Source: Eledone cirrhosa
Taxonomy: Eukaryota
Assembly (NCBI GenBank): GCA_964016885.1
Contig: OZ024743.1
Coordinates: forward strand, 374,976,001-375,040,000
DNA: 64,000 nucleotides
Reading direction: 5' to 3'
The notes below the pieces were generated by a model, which was not told the origin of the DNA, did not search any database, and was given only the letters and a program-made list of their open reading frames with translations. Positions 14,826-27,946 of the stretch are shown in pieces; the stretch's first letter is position 1; each line of letters starts with the position of its first letter. Both the position numbers and the translations under genes were made by a program.

Positions 14826-15519
14826 GGGTGCAACCGAAATATCTTGGTCAACTATTTTGTTCTCATTTAAATCTTACCTTCAATTATTAACATCTTTCTA
14901 ATACGTGGCAGGATCGCGACGGATCGCAACGAACTTGAGGGGAGATAAAGGTCACTTACTGTTCGAAAATATACGTTCATTCCCTTTCTAGTTTGTAAAT
15001 ATAAATCATGCGACACTGCTATAATTAATTGTTTTTGATGTACTTCTTAACCCGTAACAACTGTTGGAGTAGTAAGGCGGCCGTAGTAACACACAGTATA
15101 TCTTGAGACCTTTAAATAGTGGTTGTTATAATTCTTGATATGTACAGGCATGCAATAGAGCACATAAATATAGTAATTCTATTATCATGAATCTAGCATG
15201 TACAGAGATGTCAATGCTTTGTTGAGGAATACTAATAAGGCTGAAACATGTTCAGTAATGTCGCTCTTACTTACGAAGATCAGACAAAATAATGAGCTAA
15301 TATGTTCTCGTTGGAACAAAGACATTATGAACTAATTACGTTTATTTTCCAACTACATTAATTAAGATCTCCCTAATTTGCTAATTATTATTAATATATG
15401 TAATACTTCTTAGATGATATTTTTCTGCTCGAATACTACAAGAACTAGTAAAGAACTAATCAATATAGTTAGTTATTTACGAATGACCATATGTTTTCAC
15501 CTAGAAATTTTCCCTCCGA

Positions 15520-15775
15520 GGCACAAGCCTGGGCAAGATTTGTTTGTGGAAGACCAACATACCATCTCTCCTCTCCATGACATCGATGTTGTCCAAGTGA
15601 AAGGCAATTACTAATACACCTAGGCACCAGTGACGTCGCAACTCATTTCTACAGCTGAGTGAATTGGAGTAACGGGAAATAAAGTGTCTTGCTCAAGGAC
15701 ACAACACATCACCCGGTTCGAGAATCGAACTAACAACATCTCAACTGCAAGCCCAATGCTCTAACCACGAAGCCT
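15520..15775 (-). mobile_element. S2-like SINE
   Basis: Reverse complement has ggcttcgtggttagagcattgggcttgc...gttcgattctc...gtccttgagcaagacactttattt. Confidence 0.75.
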
Positions 15776-16359
15776 TATTATAGTTCACTACATATCGGTA
15801 TTACAAATTATAGTAATGATGATTAATAGTATTATAAATCATATGATCCAACGATGCAATAATTATACAAATGTGACTGTAATTATTGCAATATTATTTA
15901 TTATGAGATCTTGAGTAGAATAAAATAATTTTTTTTTTCTTTTTTTCATCTAACAATTCACAGGTGATAAATTACATTAACAAATGATGTCTGATTGTAC
16001 AAATATATGTCAGAGTTAAATGGAAAAACAATATTGTCTCTGATGGAGACGAAGTGAGAGTATTTGAATACAGATAAAAAAGAAAGAAAACTCATCGCTA
16101 GAACAGCAGTTAAAGCAGCCAAATGACAGCGATGGGCAAACATGCCTCAGAGGACAGAGACCAGCGGTCAGTAGAGACAATCTACAAAGTGGGTGACAGG
16201 CAGATGAAATATAGAAAAGATTGAAATAGGAGGAAGACAAGGAGAAGTGTGTTGGTGCATAGAAGTGACTGGAAGAAGGAAATAAAGAAGGAAGAAGGAA
16301 ATAAAGGCGATGTACAAGACAAGTTTAAACACACATATGTCAGAGTAATTGTTGTATGT

Positions 16360-17090
16360 TAGGCGAGGAATTGGTAGAGTCGTGAGGAGGTCGGATGATT
16401 GACGTGGGATAGAATATTCGTTCCGGCTTTTTACACTTTCTGAGTTCAAATCCCGCTGAGGTGAACTTTGCCTTTCAAACTTTCGTTGTTGATAAAAGGA
16501 AAACGTACCTGTCCAATGCTAGGTTCAAGTCTTTCTCATTCTCTCTCTCTCACTCTTTCTCACTCTCTCTCTCACTCTCTCTCTCTTTCTCCCTCTCTCT
16601 CTCTCATTCACTCTGTCTCACTCTCCCTCTCATTCACTCTGTCTCCCTCTCTCTCTTTCTCCCTCCCTCTCTCACTCTCTCTCTCTCCCTCTCTTCCTCA
16701 CTCTGTCACTCTCTCTTTCGCCCCCTCCTTCCCTCTCTCTCACTCACTCTCTAACTCTCTTTCACTCTCTCACTTTCTCTTTCTCCCTCTCCTTCGCACT
16801 CTCTCTCACTCTTTCTCTCACTCTCTCTCTCTGACTCTCTCACTTTCTCTATCTCCCCCTCTTTCTCCCCCTCTCTCTCATTCTCTCACTCTCTCTTTTT
16901 CCCTCTCCTTCTCACTCTCTCTCATTCTATCTCTCTTTCTCTGTTACTCTCACTTCCTCTCTTTCATTCTATCCTTCTCTGGAAGAAATCGGCTCTATTC
17001 AAATCTGGAGATGGGAGGGACTCTGGCAGGTTTTTAAAATGCCCTAGACACGGTGTATGTTACTGCGACGCCCTTTAAACTCCGTCATGA
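16360..17090 (+). mobile_element. S1-type SINE with an expanded CT-rich tract and a conserved downstream segment
   Basis: SINE head 16360-16520, CT-rich tract 16530-16980, then ggaagaaatcggc...ggcaggtttttaaaatgccctagacacgg, which is shared with 33274, 34178 and 42080. Confidence 0.75.
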
Positions 17091-17529
17091 GTATCGGGTA
17101 CATATCTACACTGTGGTGATAGTTTCCTAGTTGAATAGTAGAAGAGCTGGAATATACTAATCAATAAACTTTGTATAGTTAAATGTAGTTTTCTTTTTAT
17201 CGGATTTTAACACGGGAAGATGTAAAATCGATTTTTTAATTACTTCATTTTTTTTGTGAGTTGTTGTTTCAGATATCCTCTCTTAATTGTTTAACATTGT
17301 TTGTGGCTGTTGTTCAGCTTTTTTCATTTTCCTTTTTTCAACTTTAATGGAATATATTGGCATTGGTACGATTCTCTCGAAAGTTCAGCTGTACTATTGT
17401 TGTCAACAACAAAGTCCTCAAATGGTTAATCAAACGTTGAAAGTACTGAGTCGAACAACATTTCTTTACAATAGTCAAAGGTCATTACTTAAACACTTTT
17501 AGTTCTAATTGCATTGTTGCAATAAGCTA

Positions 17530-17590
17530 TTCTTCTTCTTCTTCTTCTTCTTCTTCTTCTTCTTCTTCTTCTTCTTCTTCTTCTTCTTCT
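17530..17590. repeat. (TTC)n microsatellite
   Basis: Perfect run. Confidence 0.95.
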
Positions 17591-17699
17591 GCTCTCTCTC
17601 TCTCTCTCTTCTGCTCTGGATGAAACCTCAAGCCATGGGGAAAGGACGAGCTCTGCTAAATTTAAAGTACCTGTGACACGCTGTATGTCACAACGGTGC

Positions 17700-17865
17700 T
17701 CTTATGATTCTATCTGGAGTTATGTGTCAATTCCCGCCAAACATCACCTTCACATTCCATTCTTCCGGAATCAATAAAATAAAGTACCAGTCATGCACTG
17801 CGGTCCATGTAATCGGCTTTAACCAGCCTGTAAATTGCTGGCCTTGTGTTTAAATTAGAAATCCT
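17700..17865 (+). mobile_element. S1 SINE, degenerate
   Basis: aataaaataaagtaccagtcatgcactg...gctggccttgtgtttaaattagaaa. Confidence 0.7.
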
Positions 17866-18269
17866 TATTTCAGTTTGTTCAGTTAAATATACCATCTTAA
17901 TGTTTGAAATTTCACTTAAGTAAATAATTAATGCTTCTGTGATTAAGCCGCGAGCTACGTATTTACCACACTGTAGTTATTGCAATTTCGTCAGAAGAAA
18001 ATGCTCTAGAGCAACAAATTAGCAAATGTCATGGAAATCTCTTTTTGGAAGATTAACTTTATTTAAGACTTTCATTTCCATGAAATATTTGACAGGAGTG
18101 TCATATATTTGGTTCTGTATGAATAGCTCGATACAAAATGGGCTCCAACAATTTGACGTTTCACAAATTCACTCACCAATACACTACACCTCAACCTCTC
18201 ACCACTACACTACATTTCAACCACGCCGTAGATTACACGCTTTCTCTTCCACCTCTCCGTGCCTCATCT

Positions 18270-18385
18270 AACAACAACAACAACAACAACAATAACAACA
18301 ACATCAAAAATAACAACAACGATAACAACAACAATGACAACAACAATAACAACAACAAAAATAACAACAAAAACAACAACAACAA
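18270..18385. repeat. (AAC)n low-complexity tract
   Basis: Imperfect AAC run. Confidence 0.9.
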
Positions 18386-18636
18386 AACTTTCTTCAATTA
18401 TAATGATGAGGATGGTGAGTTTGTGGAGCAGGTGGTAAAGAAATATTCAAAACTTCGTTGTCATTCTGGGACATCAAATCCTATGTCTCTATCACCCTCT
18501 TTCACTTTCTCACGCTCCCTCTCACACACACTCATACACACACACTCATACACACACACACATATACACATACATGTACGACGTAATCATCTCTCTCAGA
18601 CGAAAACATATTAATATGCTAATATAGGTAATATAG

Positions 18637-18800
18637 GCATAGCCATGGCTAAGTGGTTAAGGTAAGGAGTTTGCTTCACAACCACCAGGGGCCAAGTTCC
18701 ATCTCACGTTGTGGCAACTTGAACAGGTGTCTGTTACTATAGCTTCGGGTTGACCAACGCTTTTGGGGGAAATTTGGTAGACAGAACCTGCAGACCCCCA
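18637..18800 (+). mobile_element. tRNA-derived SINE head
   Basis: tggctaagtggttaagg...gggggaaatttggtagacagaacctgcagacccc, related to 25925-26065. Confidence 0.65.
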
Positions 18801-18849
18801 CCATATATATGTGTGTGTGTGCGTGTGCGTGTTTGGGGGGGGGGATATA

Positions 18850-19320
18850 TAGAGATGATCAGCGAGAGGGACACTGAGTTCCGTGAGGCTGACACTAATA
18901 AGCTGAGACTCTTCCTTAGACTCACAAATGACAAAGTCGACCTGGGCAGACATGACGTTAACAGTTTCTGTCCCACCAGGCCAGGGAGAGGCAGACCACC
19001 AACCATTACCTCAACGGCAAAGGAATCCCCCCCCCCCCTCTGGGGAGGTGGAACGGGTGGACCAGAGTCATACGGACCCCAAAATATCATTACCAAGCTG
19101 ACGAAAATGACTGCACGTGCGGTCGAGGCCAGCGTAAGAACAACGCTGAAGGGCTACATATTCAAATTAATGGTAAATCATCAAAACTTCGTCTTGAAAT
19201 TGGAGTCAACATCGGTGCCAACGTAGCTAACCTCTTTAAAGTATTGAAGGACAGGAGAGTTGGAGAATGCCTAGTAGACTACTTCATAAGCGTGACTATA
19301 TACACTCGTTTTGTAGATTA
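18850..19320 (+). mobile_element. Possible 3' fragment of a non-LTR retrotransposon with a restriction-like endonuclease
   Basis: GC-rich decayed frame (MISERDTEFREADTNKLR...TI/LNGKGI...ARAVEASVRT) loosely resembles R2-type C-termini. Weak, by-eye similarity only. Confidence 0.3.
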
Positions 19321-19639
19321 AATTAACATAAAAGTGAAGGCACCTCTAGAGAACAACACCTAGGATTAAGAGGTATACACCATCGAGAAGGTCCTAGTAT
19401 ATAGCCAAATCCTTCCACCAGAGTATTAAGGTAACTATCGTCTACCCGTCCAAACACCCCTAGCATAGACTGACCGACCAAATTAACATAAAAGTGAAGG
19501 CACCTCTAGAGTACAACACCTAGGATTAAGAGGTATACACCATGGAGAAGGTCCTAGTATATAGCCAAATCCTTCCACCAGAGTATTAAGGTAACTATCA
19601 TCTACTCGTCAAAACACCCCTAGCATAGACTGACCGACC
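19320..19639. repeat. About 160-bp tandem duplication (2 copies)
   Basis: aattaacataaaagtgaaggcacc...gactgaccgacc starts at 19321 and again at 19481. Confidence 0.95.
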
Positions 19640-20028
19640 TAGAAACTGAACAGTAAAATAGTAAAAGACAAACCATACGTGGAGAGGGATAGACTTTGTT
19701 ACGTTTAAATATCCATGACAGATTCGAATGTTCTTACGAAAACGAAATACTATATACTTATAAAAAAAAGCCAATACTCGCTTCGAAATGTGAATGAACT
19801 GTTTTATTATTTGTAAAAATCAATATAGTTTTTCTTCTCATCAATCACACAAAACTCCCACGATGGTGATTTATTTACGTATTCGATCATATTGCTTGAA
19901 TAAATATACAGACATAATGACATATATCTCGTCTCATTTGTAAGCCATCGGTTGAACATAGTATTTCGTTATCAGAAATTGGTTCATATACATACATACA
20001 TATAGATCAAATATGCTGAATATATAGG

Positions 20029-20070
<42 letters not shown>

Positions 20071-20075
<5 letters not shown>

Positions 20076-20663
20076 AGATAAGCAGAACAAGTAAAATTCA
20101 ACCACTTTTTCAAAATAAATCAAAATTAATATACAATTAAAATTAATCAAAATTAAAAAATATAATATAAATATTTACCTATTCAAATGGCCCTAACTGT
20201 ACAGTTTCACGGTGCAAAACATTAAATATCACGAGGATATTAATGGAAAAGCAACGATCATCAGAGAAGCATTTTCCTGTCCTAGGGTTAAAAACCCCAG
20301 GAACGACAAAATATATGACCTCACTCCAACTAATACAGGTCTAAAAGGTCGTGAAAGTGACCCGTAAATACATTGGTGTATAGTGAAGGCGGGAAATCGT
20401 AGACTAGCCGTCTATAATCGCTACTAAAATAGGTTTTTAGCAACTAAATAGAACGACAAAGATTTATCTCTACATACAGGAGATTATTGAATAAGGTTAA
20501 TATATATCTGAGGGTACAATGTACCCCCGGAAATATATAGTGTGTCTATGATTTAAGGTGGTTCTATGGTAATAATTTGATATACCAGAACTTAATATCA
20601 AGATAAGCAGAACAAGTAAAATTCAACCAATTTTTCAAAATAAATCAAAATTAATATACAATA
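20071..20663 (-). mobile_element. Non-autonomous Penelope-like or retrozyme-like unit with about 65-bp direct terminal repeats
   Basis: tatcaagataagcagaacaagtaaaattcaacca...aatatacaat at 20071 and 20596. Flanked by (TA)n and contains a hammerhead motif. Confidence 0.6.
20191..20268 (-). ncRNA. Minimal type I hammerhead motif with long stem II
   Basis: Reverse complement: TTCT-CTGATGA-[long hairpin]-GAAA-CTGTACAG-TT-AGGG, with a palindromic stem III. Confidence 0.65.
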
Positions 20664-20683
20664 TACATATATATATACACAAA

Positions 20684-20781
<98 letters not shown>

Positions 20782-20796
20782 TATATATATATATAT

Positions 20797-20837
<41 letters not shown>

Positions 20838-20944
20838 TATATTATAACATGTATATATAAATATATACACACATATATATATACACACATATATATATTA
20901 TAACATGTATATATATATATATACACATATATATATATATATAT

Positions 20945-20995
<51 letters not shown>

Positions 20996-21028
20996 TATAT
21001 ATATACACGCACACATATATATATATAT

Positions 21029-21071
<43 letters not shown>

Positions 21072-21112
21072 TATATATATACACACACATATATATATAT
21101 ATATATACACAA

Positions 21113-21161
<49 letters not shown>

Positions 21162-21184
21162 TATATATACACATATATATATAT

Positions 21185-21251
<67 letters not shown>

Positions 21252-21538
21252 TATATATATATACACATATATATAAACGAAAAAAATTAAACGAAATTTA
21301 ATTTCCCACTCTTAGTACGGCTGTTACTTAAATATAAGTATGTACACGTACATACATATACGTATACAGACGCACAGTAGTATGTATATATATATACATA
21401 CATGCACACATATATATATGTACGTATGGATTCATCGAACATTTATTATAATGCTCGGTGTGTCTGTAAACAAAATCCCGTATTAAGCCGTAGTGTCCAG
21501 CAACCATCGTTGCTCGTTTGTTCAACACTGACAAAGGA

Positions 21539-21581
21539 GCGCTGTACTAGTTTCAAGTTTATTAGCTATCGTCAGCAACGT
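21539..21581 (-). ncRNA. Minimal type I hammerhead motif
   Basis: Reverse complement: ACGTTG-CTGACGA-T-AGCT-AATA-AACT-T-GAAA-CTAG-TA-CAGCG, with one stem II mismatch. Confidence 0.7.
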
Positions 21582-22407
21582 ATACCTTCCTGCCAGATTG
21601 TTGAACGTATATACTTACCTTATGCACATTAACGGCTGAGTAGCCCAATTTGCATATCGAGTGGGTTAATCGGCCGGGTGCACCGAAAATGATAAACGGA
21701 AAATATGAAACGAAATTTCATTTCCCACTCTTAGTACGGCTGTTACTTAAATATAAGTATGTACACGTACATACATATATGTATACAGGCGCACAGTAGT
21801 ATGTATATATATATACATACATGCACACATATATATATGTACGTATGGATTCACCGAACATTTATTATAATGCTCGGTGTGTTTGTAAACAAACATCCCG
21901 TATTAAGCGGTAGTGTCAAGCAACCATCGTTGCTTGTTTGGTCAACACTGACAAAGGAGCGCTGTACGAGTTTCAAGCTTATTAGCTATCGTCAACAACG
22001 TATACCTTCTGCCAGAGGATTGAACGTCTGAAAGTATATACTTTCTTTATGCATATTAACGGCTTAATTCGGGATGTTTGTTTACAAACAAAACGAGCAT
22101 TATAATAAATGCTCGGTAAATCCATACGTACATATATATATATATATATATGTGTGCATGTATATATATATATATACATACTACTGTACGTCTGTATACA
22201 TTAACGGCTGAGTAGCCCAATTTGCATATCGAGTGGGTTAATAGGTCGGGTGCACCGAAAACGCTAAATGAAATTTCGTTTCATTTTTTCCGTTTATCGT
22301 TTTCGGTGCACCCGGCCGATTAACCCACTCGATATGCAAATTGGGCTACTCAGCCGTTAATATGCATAAGGTAAGTATATGCGTTCAACAATCTGGCAGG
22401 AAGGTAT

Positions 22408-22450
22408 ACGTTGCTGACGATAGCTAATAAGCTTGAAACTAGTACAGCGT
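22408..22450 (+). ncRNA. Minimal type I hammerhead ribozyme
   Basis: ACGTTG-CTGACGA-T-AGCT-AATA-AGCT-T-GAAA-CTAG-TA-CAGCGT. Intact core, palindromic ACTAGT stem III, predicted GUA cleavage after 22444. Confidence 0.85.
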
Positions 22451-22656
22451 TCCTTTGTCAGTGTTGAACAAACGAGCAACGGTGGTTGCTGGACACTACG
22501 GCTTAATACGGGATGTTTGTTTACAAACACACCGAGCATTATAATAAATGTTCGGTGAATCGATACGTACATATATATATATATGTGCATGTATGTATAT
22601 ATATATACATACTACTGTGCGTCTGTATACATATATGTATGTACGTGTACATACTT

Positions 22657-22701
<45 letters not shown>

Positions 22702-22732
22702 TATATATATACACACACATATATATACATAT

Positions 22733-22779
<47 letters not shown>

Positions 22780-22858
22780 TATATATATATACACACATAT
22801 ATATACACACACACATATATATATATACACACATATATATACACACACACATATATAT

Positions 22859-22946
<88 letters not shown>

Positions 22947-22995
22947 GAAATGAATACAGAGAGTTTAAAACCGTTAATACATGTTCATATAATAG

Positions 22996-23038
22996 TGCGC
23001 CTACGTACGTTTCGCCCTGAATGGGCTTATCAAGGGCA
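22996..23038 (-). ncRNA. Degenerate hammerhead motif
   Basis: Reverse complement: TGCCC-TTGATAA-GCCC-ATTCA-GGGC-GAAA-CGTACG-TA-GGCGCA, with two core substitutions. Confidence 0.55.
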
Positions 23039-23419
23039 TGGAAAGCAAAATAATTATCAATATATATATATATTTAGAGAGAGAGAGAGAGAGAGAGAGA
23101 GATTAATATTGATATATACATCAAGCATTAAACTAATATATAATTATAGTAGTGGAGGTGGTAGTGGTTGTAGTGTAAACATTCCAAGGATGCAACCATC
23201 GTTATCCTGGATTGTATTATATTTCAAATTATTTTCCAAATTCCAAATATATTTAGATAATTTTATATAAGAACATCCTTAAGACATCAACTTGGTTTCC
23301 GAGACGTCAAGACTGCTGCTTTGTATGAGAGGATTGAGCAGGTAAAGGAAAAGAAAAGAGGAAAAGTACCAGTATGTCATGGTGTTGTAGAGTGGTCATA
23401 GGAAGCTAGGAACGAATAG

Positions 23420-24630
23420 GGAGCAAGAGGGTGTTGAGAGAAAACAGGGATGTTGAGAGAGAACAGGATTGTTGAGAGAAAACAGCGATGTGAGGGAGAA
23501 CAGTATGATATTGAGGGAGTACAGGGATATTGAGAGAGAACAGTGTGATATTGAGGGAGTACAGGGATATTGAGAGAGAACAGTGTGATATTGAGGGAGT
23601 ACAGGGATATTGAGAGAGAACAGTGTGATATTGAGGGAGTACAGGGATATTGAGAGAGAACAGTGTGATATTGAGGGAGTACAGGGATATTGAGAGAGAA
23701 CAGTGTGATATTGAGGGAGTACAGGGATATTGAGAGAGAACAGTGTGATATTGAGGGAGTACAGGGATATTGAGAGAGAACAGTGTGATATTGAGGGAGT
23801 ACAGGGATATTGAGAGAGAACAGTGTGATATTGAGGGAGTACAGGGATATTGAGAGAGAACAGTGTGATATTGAGGGAGTACAGGGATATTGAGAGAGAA
23901 CAGTGTGATATTGAGGGAGTACAGGGATATTGAGAGAGAACAGTGTGATATTGAGGGAGTACAGGGATATTGAGAGAGAACAGTGTGATATTGAGGGAGT
24001 ACAGGGATATTGAGAGAGAACAGTGTGATATTGAGGGAGTACAGGGATATTGAGAGAGAACAGTGTGATATTGAGGGAGTACAGGGATATTGAGAGAGAA
24101 CAGTGTGATATTGAGGGAGTACAGGGATATTGAGAGAGAACAGTGTGATATTGAGGGAGTACAGGGATATTGAGAGAGAACAGTGTGATATTGAGGGAGT
24201 ACAGGGATATTGAGAGAGAACAGTGTGATATTGAGGGAGTACAGGGATATTGAGAGAGAACAGTGTGATATTGAGGGAGTACAGGGATATTGAGAGAGAA
24301 CAGTGTGATATTGAGGGAGTACAGGGATATTGAGAGAGAACAGTGTGATATTGAGGGAGTACAGGGATATTGAGAGAGAACAGTGTGATATTGAGGGAGT
24401 ACAGGGATATTGAGAGAGAACAGTGTGATATTGAGGGAGTACAGGGATATTGAGAGAGAACAGTGTGATATTGAGGGAGTACAGGGATATTGAGAGAGAA
24501 CAGTGTGATATTGAGGGAGTACAGGGATATTGAGAGAGAACAGTGTGATATTGAGGGAGTACAGGGATATTGAGAGAGAACAGTGTGATATTGAGGGAGT
24601 ACAGGGATATTGAGAGAGAACAGTGATATT
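23420..24630. repeat. 40-bp minisatellite (19+21-bp subunits)
   Basis: ACAGGGATATTGAGAGAGAACAGTGTGATATTGAGGGAGT is repeated identically from 23521 to 24620, with degenerate monomers at the left edge. Confidence 0.97.
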
Positions 24631-25579
24631 AAGGAAGGAAAGGACAAAGAATACAAATTAGGAATTACACGTAGAATTCTCTCCTTCAGTTCTTCAATAA
24701 GTGCTTAATAATCTTCAATAATTTTCAATGTAAAATTTTTTAGCAACTTTACTTGTGAAATATGTTCTCTAAAAAAGAGGCGGTTGTCCAAATAAGTTTA
24801 GAAAACTCTAGAAAAAGAGATAAAATCGATGCTCCAGCATGGGCGCAGTACCATAACTGAAACCAGTTAGTGTAAAAGAAAGAATATATAAAAGACATTT
24901 GATTAGAAAGAGTAACCGGCTCACTAAAATAGAAATATGAAAATTGATCTTACTCATTTGTCTCTAATTAACTGTCCGTGTTAATGAGAATATCAAGGTT
25001 AATTAGTCAGTAAATTCAATGCCAAGTAAGTCACAGAAAGAAGAGTAAGAAGAGAAGAGAATTTAAGAATGATGAAGAGAGCGAAAGGGGAAATAGTCAG
25101 AGATGTGGAATAAAGTAGTTCAAATGGAACTAACGATTGTGTTGAAGAAGGAGTCGTAATTTCTTAGTTAACTCAAAAATTCCCAAGATGTTGGCAAATT
25201 GGAAGAGTTGTGAGGACAAATTTACATACAAAACGAAAAAGAAAATACAACTGTAATGTAAGTGTAGAATGAGCCGGATCTGTAGTCGATACAATGACAT
25301 GTTTCAGTCTTATTTACACTTCGGCAAACTATGTGAATCACGTGATTACGGCATATATGGTATATGATTTTCTGCATGAAAATTATTCTCAGAAGGTAAT
25401 TTAAAATAATTTCATTGAAAATTTTAATATATATTTCGTAACTCCTGATAGTATTTCTTGGATATTTTAAACCCGGTGAAGCTAATCCCCTCTCCAGGTC
25501 TGAACACAGTCAATTTCTTGCAGAGAATGAACGAGAGAGAGTGAGAATGATGAAAATAAATTAAAAGAGATATAGGTAA

Positions 25580-25745
25580 AGAAATCGATCCTAGTACTGA
25601 ACTGGTGATTTTTTTTATCGACCTGGAAAGGATGACAGGTAAAGTTGACCTTGGTGGAATTTGAAATGAAAGTAAACAGAGAGTCGCAACTGGTACCGCA
25701 AAGCATTATATCTAACGTTCTAACGGCTCTGCGAATTCACCTCCC
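25580..25745 (-). mobile_element. S1 SINE
   Basis: tttttatcgacctggaaaggatgacaggtaaagttgaccttggtggaatttgaa is the reverse complement of the S1 core. Confidence 0.75.
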
Positions 25746-25919
25746 ATAACATATGCTTTGGTGTTGTTGTTGTGCTTGTTTAAAGCTACGGAAACTGTTG
25801 TTGAGATGACATATAATAGTTTCTGATTTAAGCACAAGGCCATTGGGAAATGAGAGTGCGAGACCTTTATGCCTTTCCTAAGGTATCATGCGATAGAGAA
25901 GAAATAAATATGGCTGTGT

Positions 25920-26260
25920 AGACGTAACGTGGCCGAATGGTTCAGAGGTTCGGTGTGCAAGCATTAGGTCCTGGGTTCGATCCCATTGTGTGGAATCCTC
26001 GACAAGTGTCATTTAGCGTAGCCTTAGGAGTGAAACTAGATAGACGGAAACTGTTTGGAAGCCCTTCTGATGGATTGTATCTGTAATTTAAAGTGCCAGC
26101 CTTTTCACACAGTGTCACACTGGATCTCCCTGAGAATTACGTTAAAGATACACGTGGGTTTTTTTTTAGGGCTCAGTCACTTACACGTTAATTTCACGAG
26201 CAGGTTGATCCGTTAATCGAACAACTGGAACATTCATTGTCGAAACCGACGGAGGTTCAT
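25920..26260 (+). mobile_element. tRNA-derived SINE
   Basis: A box TGGCCGAATGG, B box GGTTCGATCCC and body tagacggaaactg...gaagccc. Confidence 0.75.
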
Positions 26261-27059
26261 TCAATTCATTCCTTAGTAATAACGGAAGTTGGAAACGGCG
26301 GCCATGCCTGCTAGACCTCACATAAGAATGTTTGATTCTAATTTAAGACATTCTCTTAGTAGACAGGTTAAAAATTTGATCTTCGTTTACATTGTTTACT
26401 AATAAATCTATACTTATTGATTAGTTCTGATTAAATATAATCGATCGTTAATAATACATATAGAGGTCAAACAACACTCGACATAAATAATGATTTTTGT
26501 TTCTCTAACGCAGACATCAGACCACATAGGCGATCTGTTGGAGATTAAATCGACCAAGTGCATGACCAGTAATTATTTTATTGATCTCGGAATGATGAAA
26601 AGCAAAATATACCTTTGAGGGATTTGAACTCATGATAAAAAGACGTTATTAAATCATACAAGGGACATAACTCCATCAACTCCTATAAAACTCAATACTA
26701 ATCAGAGAAGTAAAAACATGTCTTCTTTGCATTGAACATCTGAAGCAGGGATATATAATTTACCATTATCAAACATTCTGTTTAAAACGACATTTTACTT
26801 TAATCCTGTGATACATGTTTTGTGTGTGTGTGTGCGTGCTTTTGTGTGCTGGACCTCCGTCGCTGTCGACGAAGAGTGCTCCAGTTGACCGAACAATTGG
26901 CTATATGAAAGCATGGTACATATTACTTAGACATATTCGATTGCGAGTGACTGCTGTAATAGTCGTAGTAGTCAGATGAGGGGGAGATTTTTAAAGACCC
27001 CGATATGTTGTGTGTGTGGGGGGGGGGGGGGGTATGTGTGTGTGGGTGTATACCTTCAT

Positions 27060-27255
27060 ACTCTGTCGGTGATCAACAGAACCGCTTACTATTCTCGGGG
27101 AAATTCAGCGTTACACAGAATGTGACAACTCATTTTTGCTAGCTGAGTGAACTGGATCAACGTGAAATAAAATGTCTTGCTTAAAGACACAATGAACCGC
27201 CGGAAATCGTACTCACGACTTTACAATTGTGAGTAGAATATACTAACCACTAAGA
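27060..27255 (-). mobile_element. S2-like SINE fragment
   Basis: actcatttttgctagctgagtgaactggatcaacgtgaaataaaatgtcttgct is homologous to 15640-15700. Confidence 0.7.
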
Positions 27256-27946
27256 TTGTCTCATAACAAGTCAGCAAAATCTCCATAATTTTAGACCAAA
27301 GGAAAAAAAAATGTGAAATTGCGACGGTCTTTCTAGTTTTCAATGCATCAATCATGTAATTAGAAAACCAGTTCAATCTTGTGATTGGAAGTTAATTATG
27401 TCTTGAATATTCCACATATAGAACAGTGTGCGTCTTAAGTTGGTTTCGATTTGCTATTCATCTTGTGACTAGAAGAAAGATTACTGGTTTAAAACTTTAC
27501 TCTCATATCATCAGATGATATTCCTGAATATCAGCGGTGAATATCCATTTTGGCTCTCTGCTCTCTGATTTTAAGTCCAGCTCTGGTTTTCATCATTTTC
27601 AGGTCGATAAATAAAGGTCCAGTTCAGTATTGGAGTCGATTCTTTCTCTTTTTATCTTTCCCTCTCTCTCTTTATCCCTCTTTCTCTCTCTCCCCCTCTC
27701 TCAATCTATTTCTCTCGCTCTCCCTCTCTCTATCTATCTCCGGATGGTATAGACGTGCTTCACATCGGTTCCTCAATTATTGGATATATTACAGGTTAAC
27801 AGTAAGTGTTTGTCTGTATTCTTGCGTTATTGTGTTAATTAACCCCCTTACCTGGGTCTTCGGACATTAGGGTTAATTTATTTCACCCCTTTTGGGGTGA
27901 AATTTTTCATCCTAAAAATCTTGTGATTGTCTCTACGCTAGTGGTA

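Larger units (their letters stand above)
21277..22645. mobile_element. Tandem and inverted array of an about 420-bp Penelope terminal repeat
   Basis: Units at about 21277-21695 and 21696-22060, an inverted partial unit at 22055-22200 and an inverted unit at 22262-22645. The same sequence occurs at 60722-61000, downstream of a GIY-YIG fragment. Confidence 0.85.

Noticed and set aside
23406-24656. 416-aa minus-strand ORF
   Set aside because: A 40-bp unit cycles through all three frames without a stop, so this is satellite read-through.
25290-25330. GAAACATGTC-like motifs (here on the minus strand, also near 15243 and 46337)
   Set aside because: There is no CTGAnGA with a matching stem II, so these are remnants at best.
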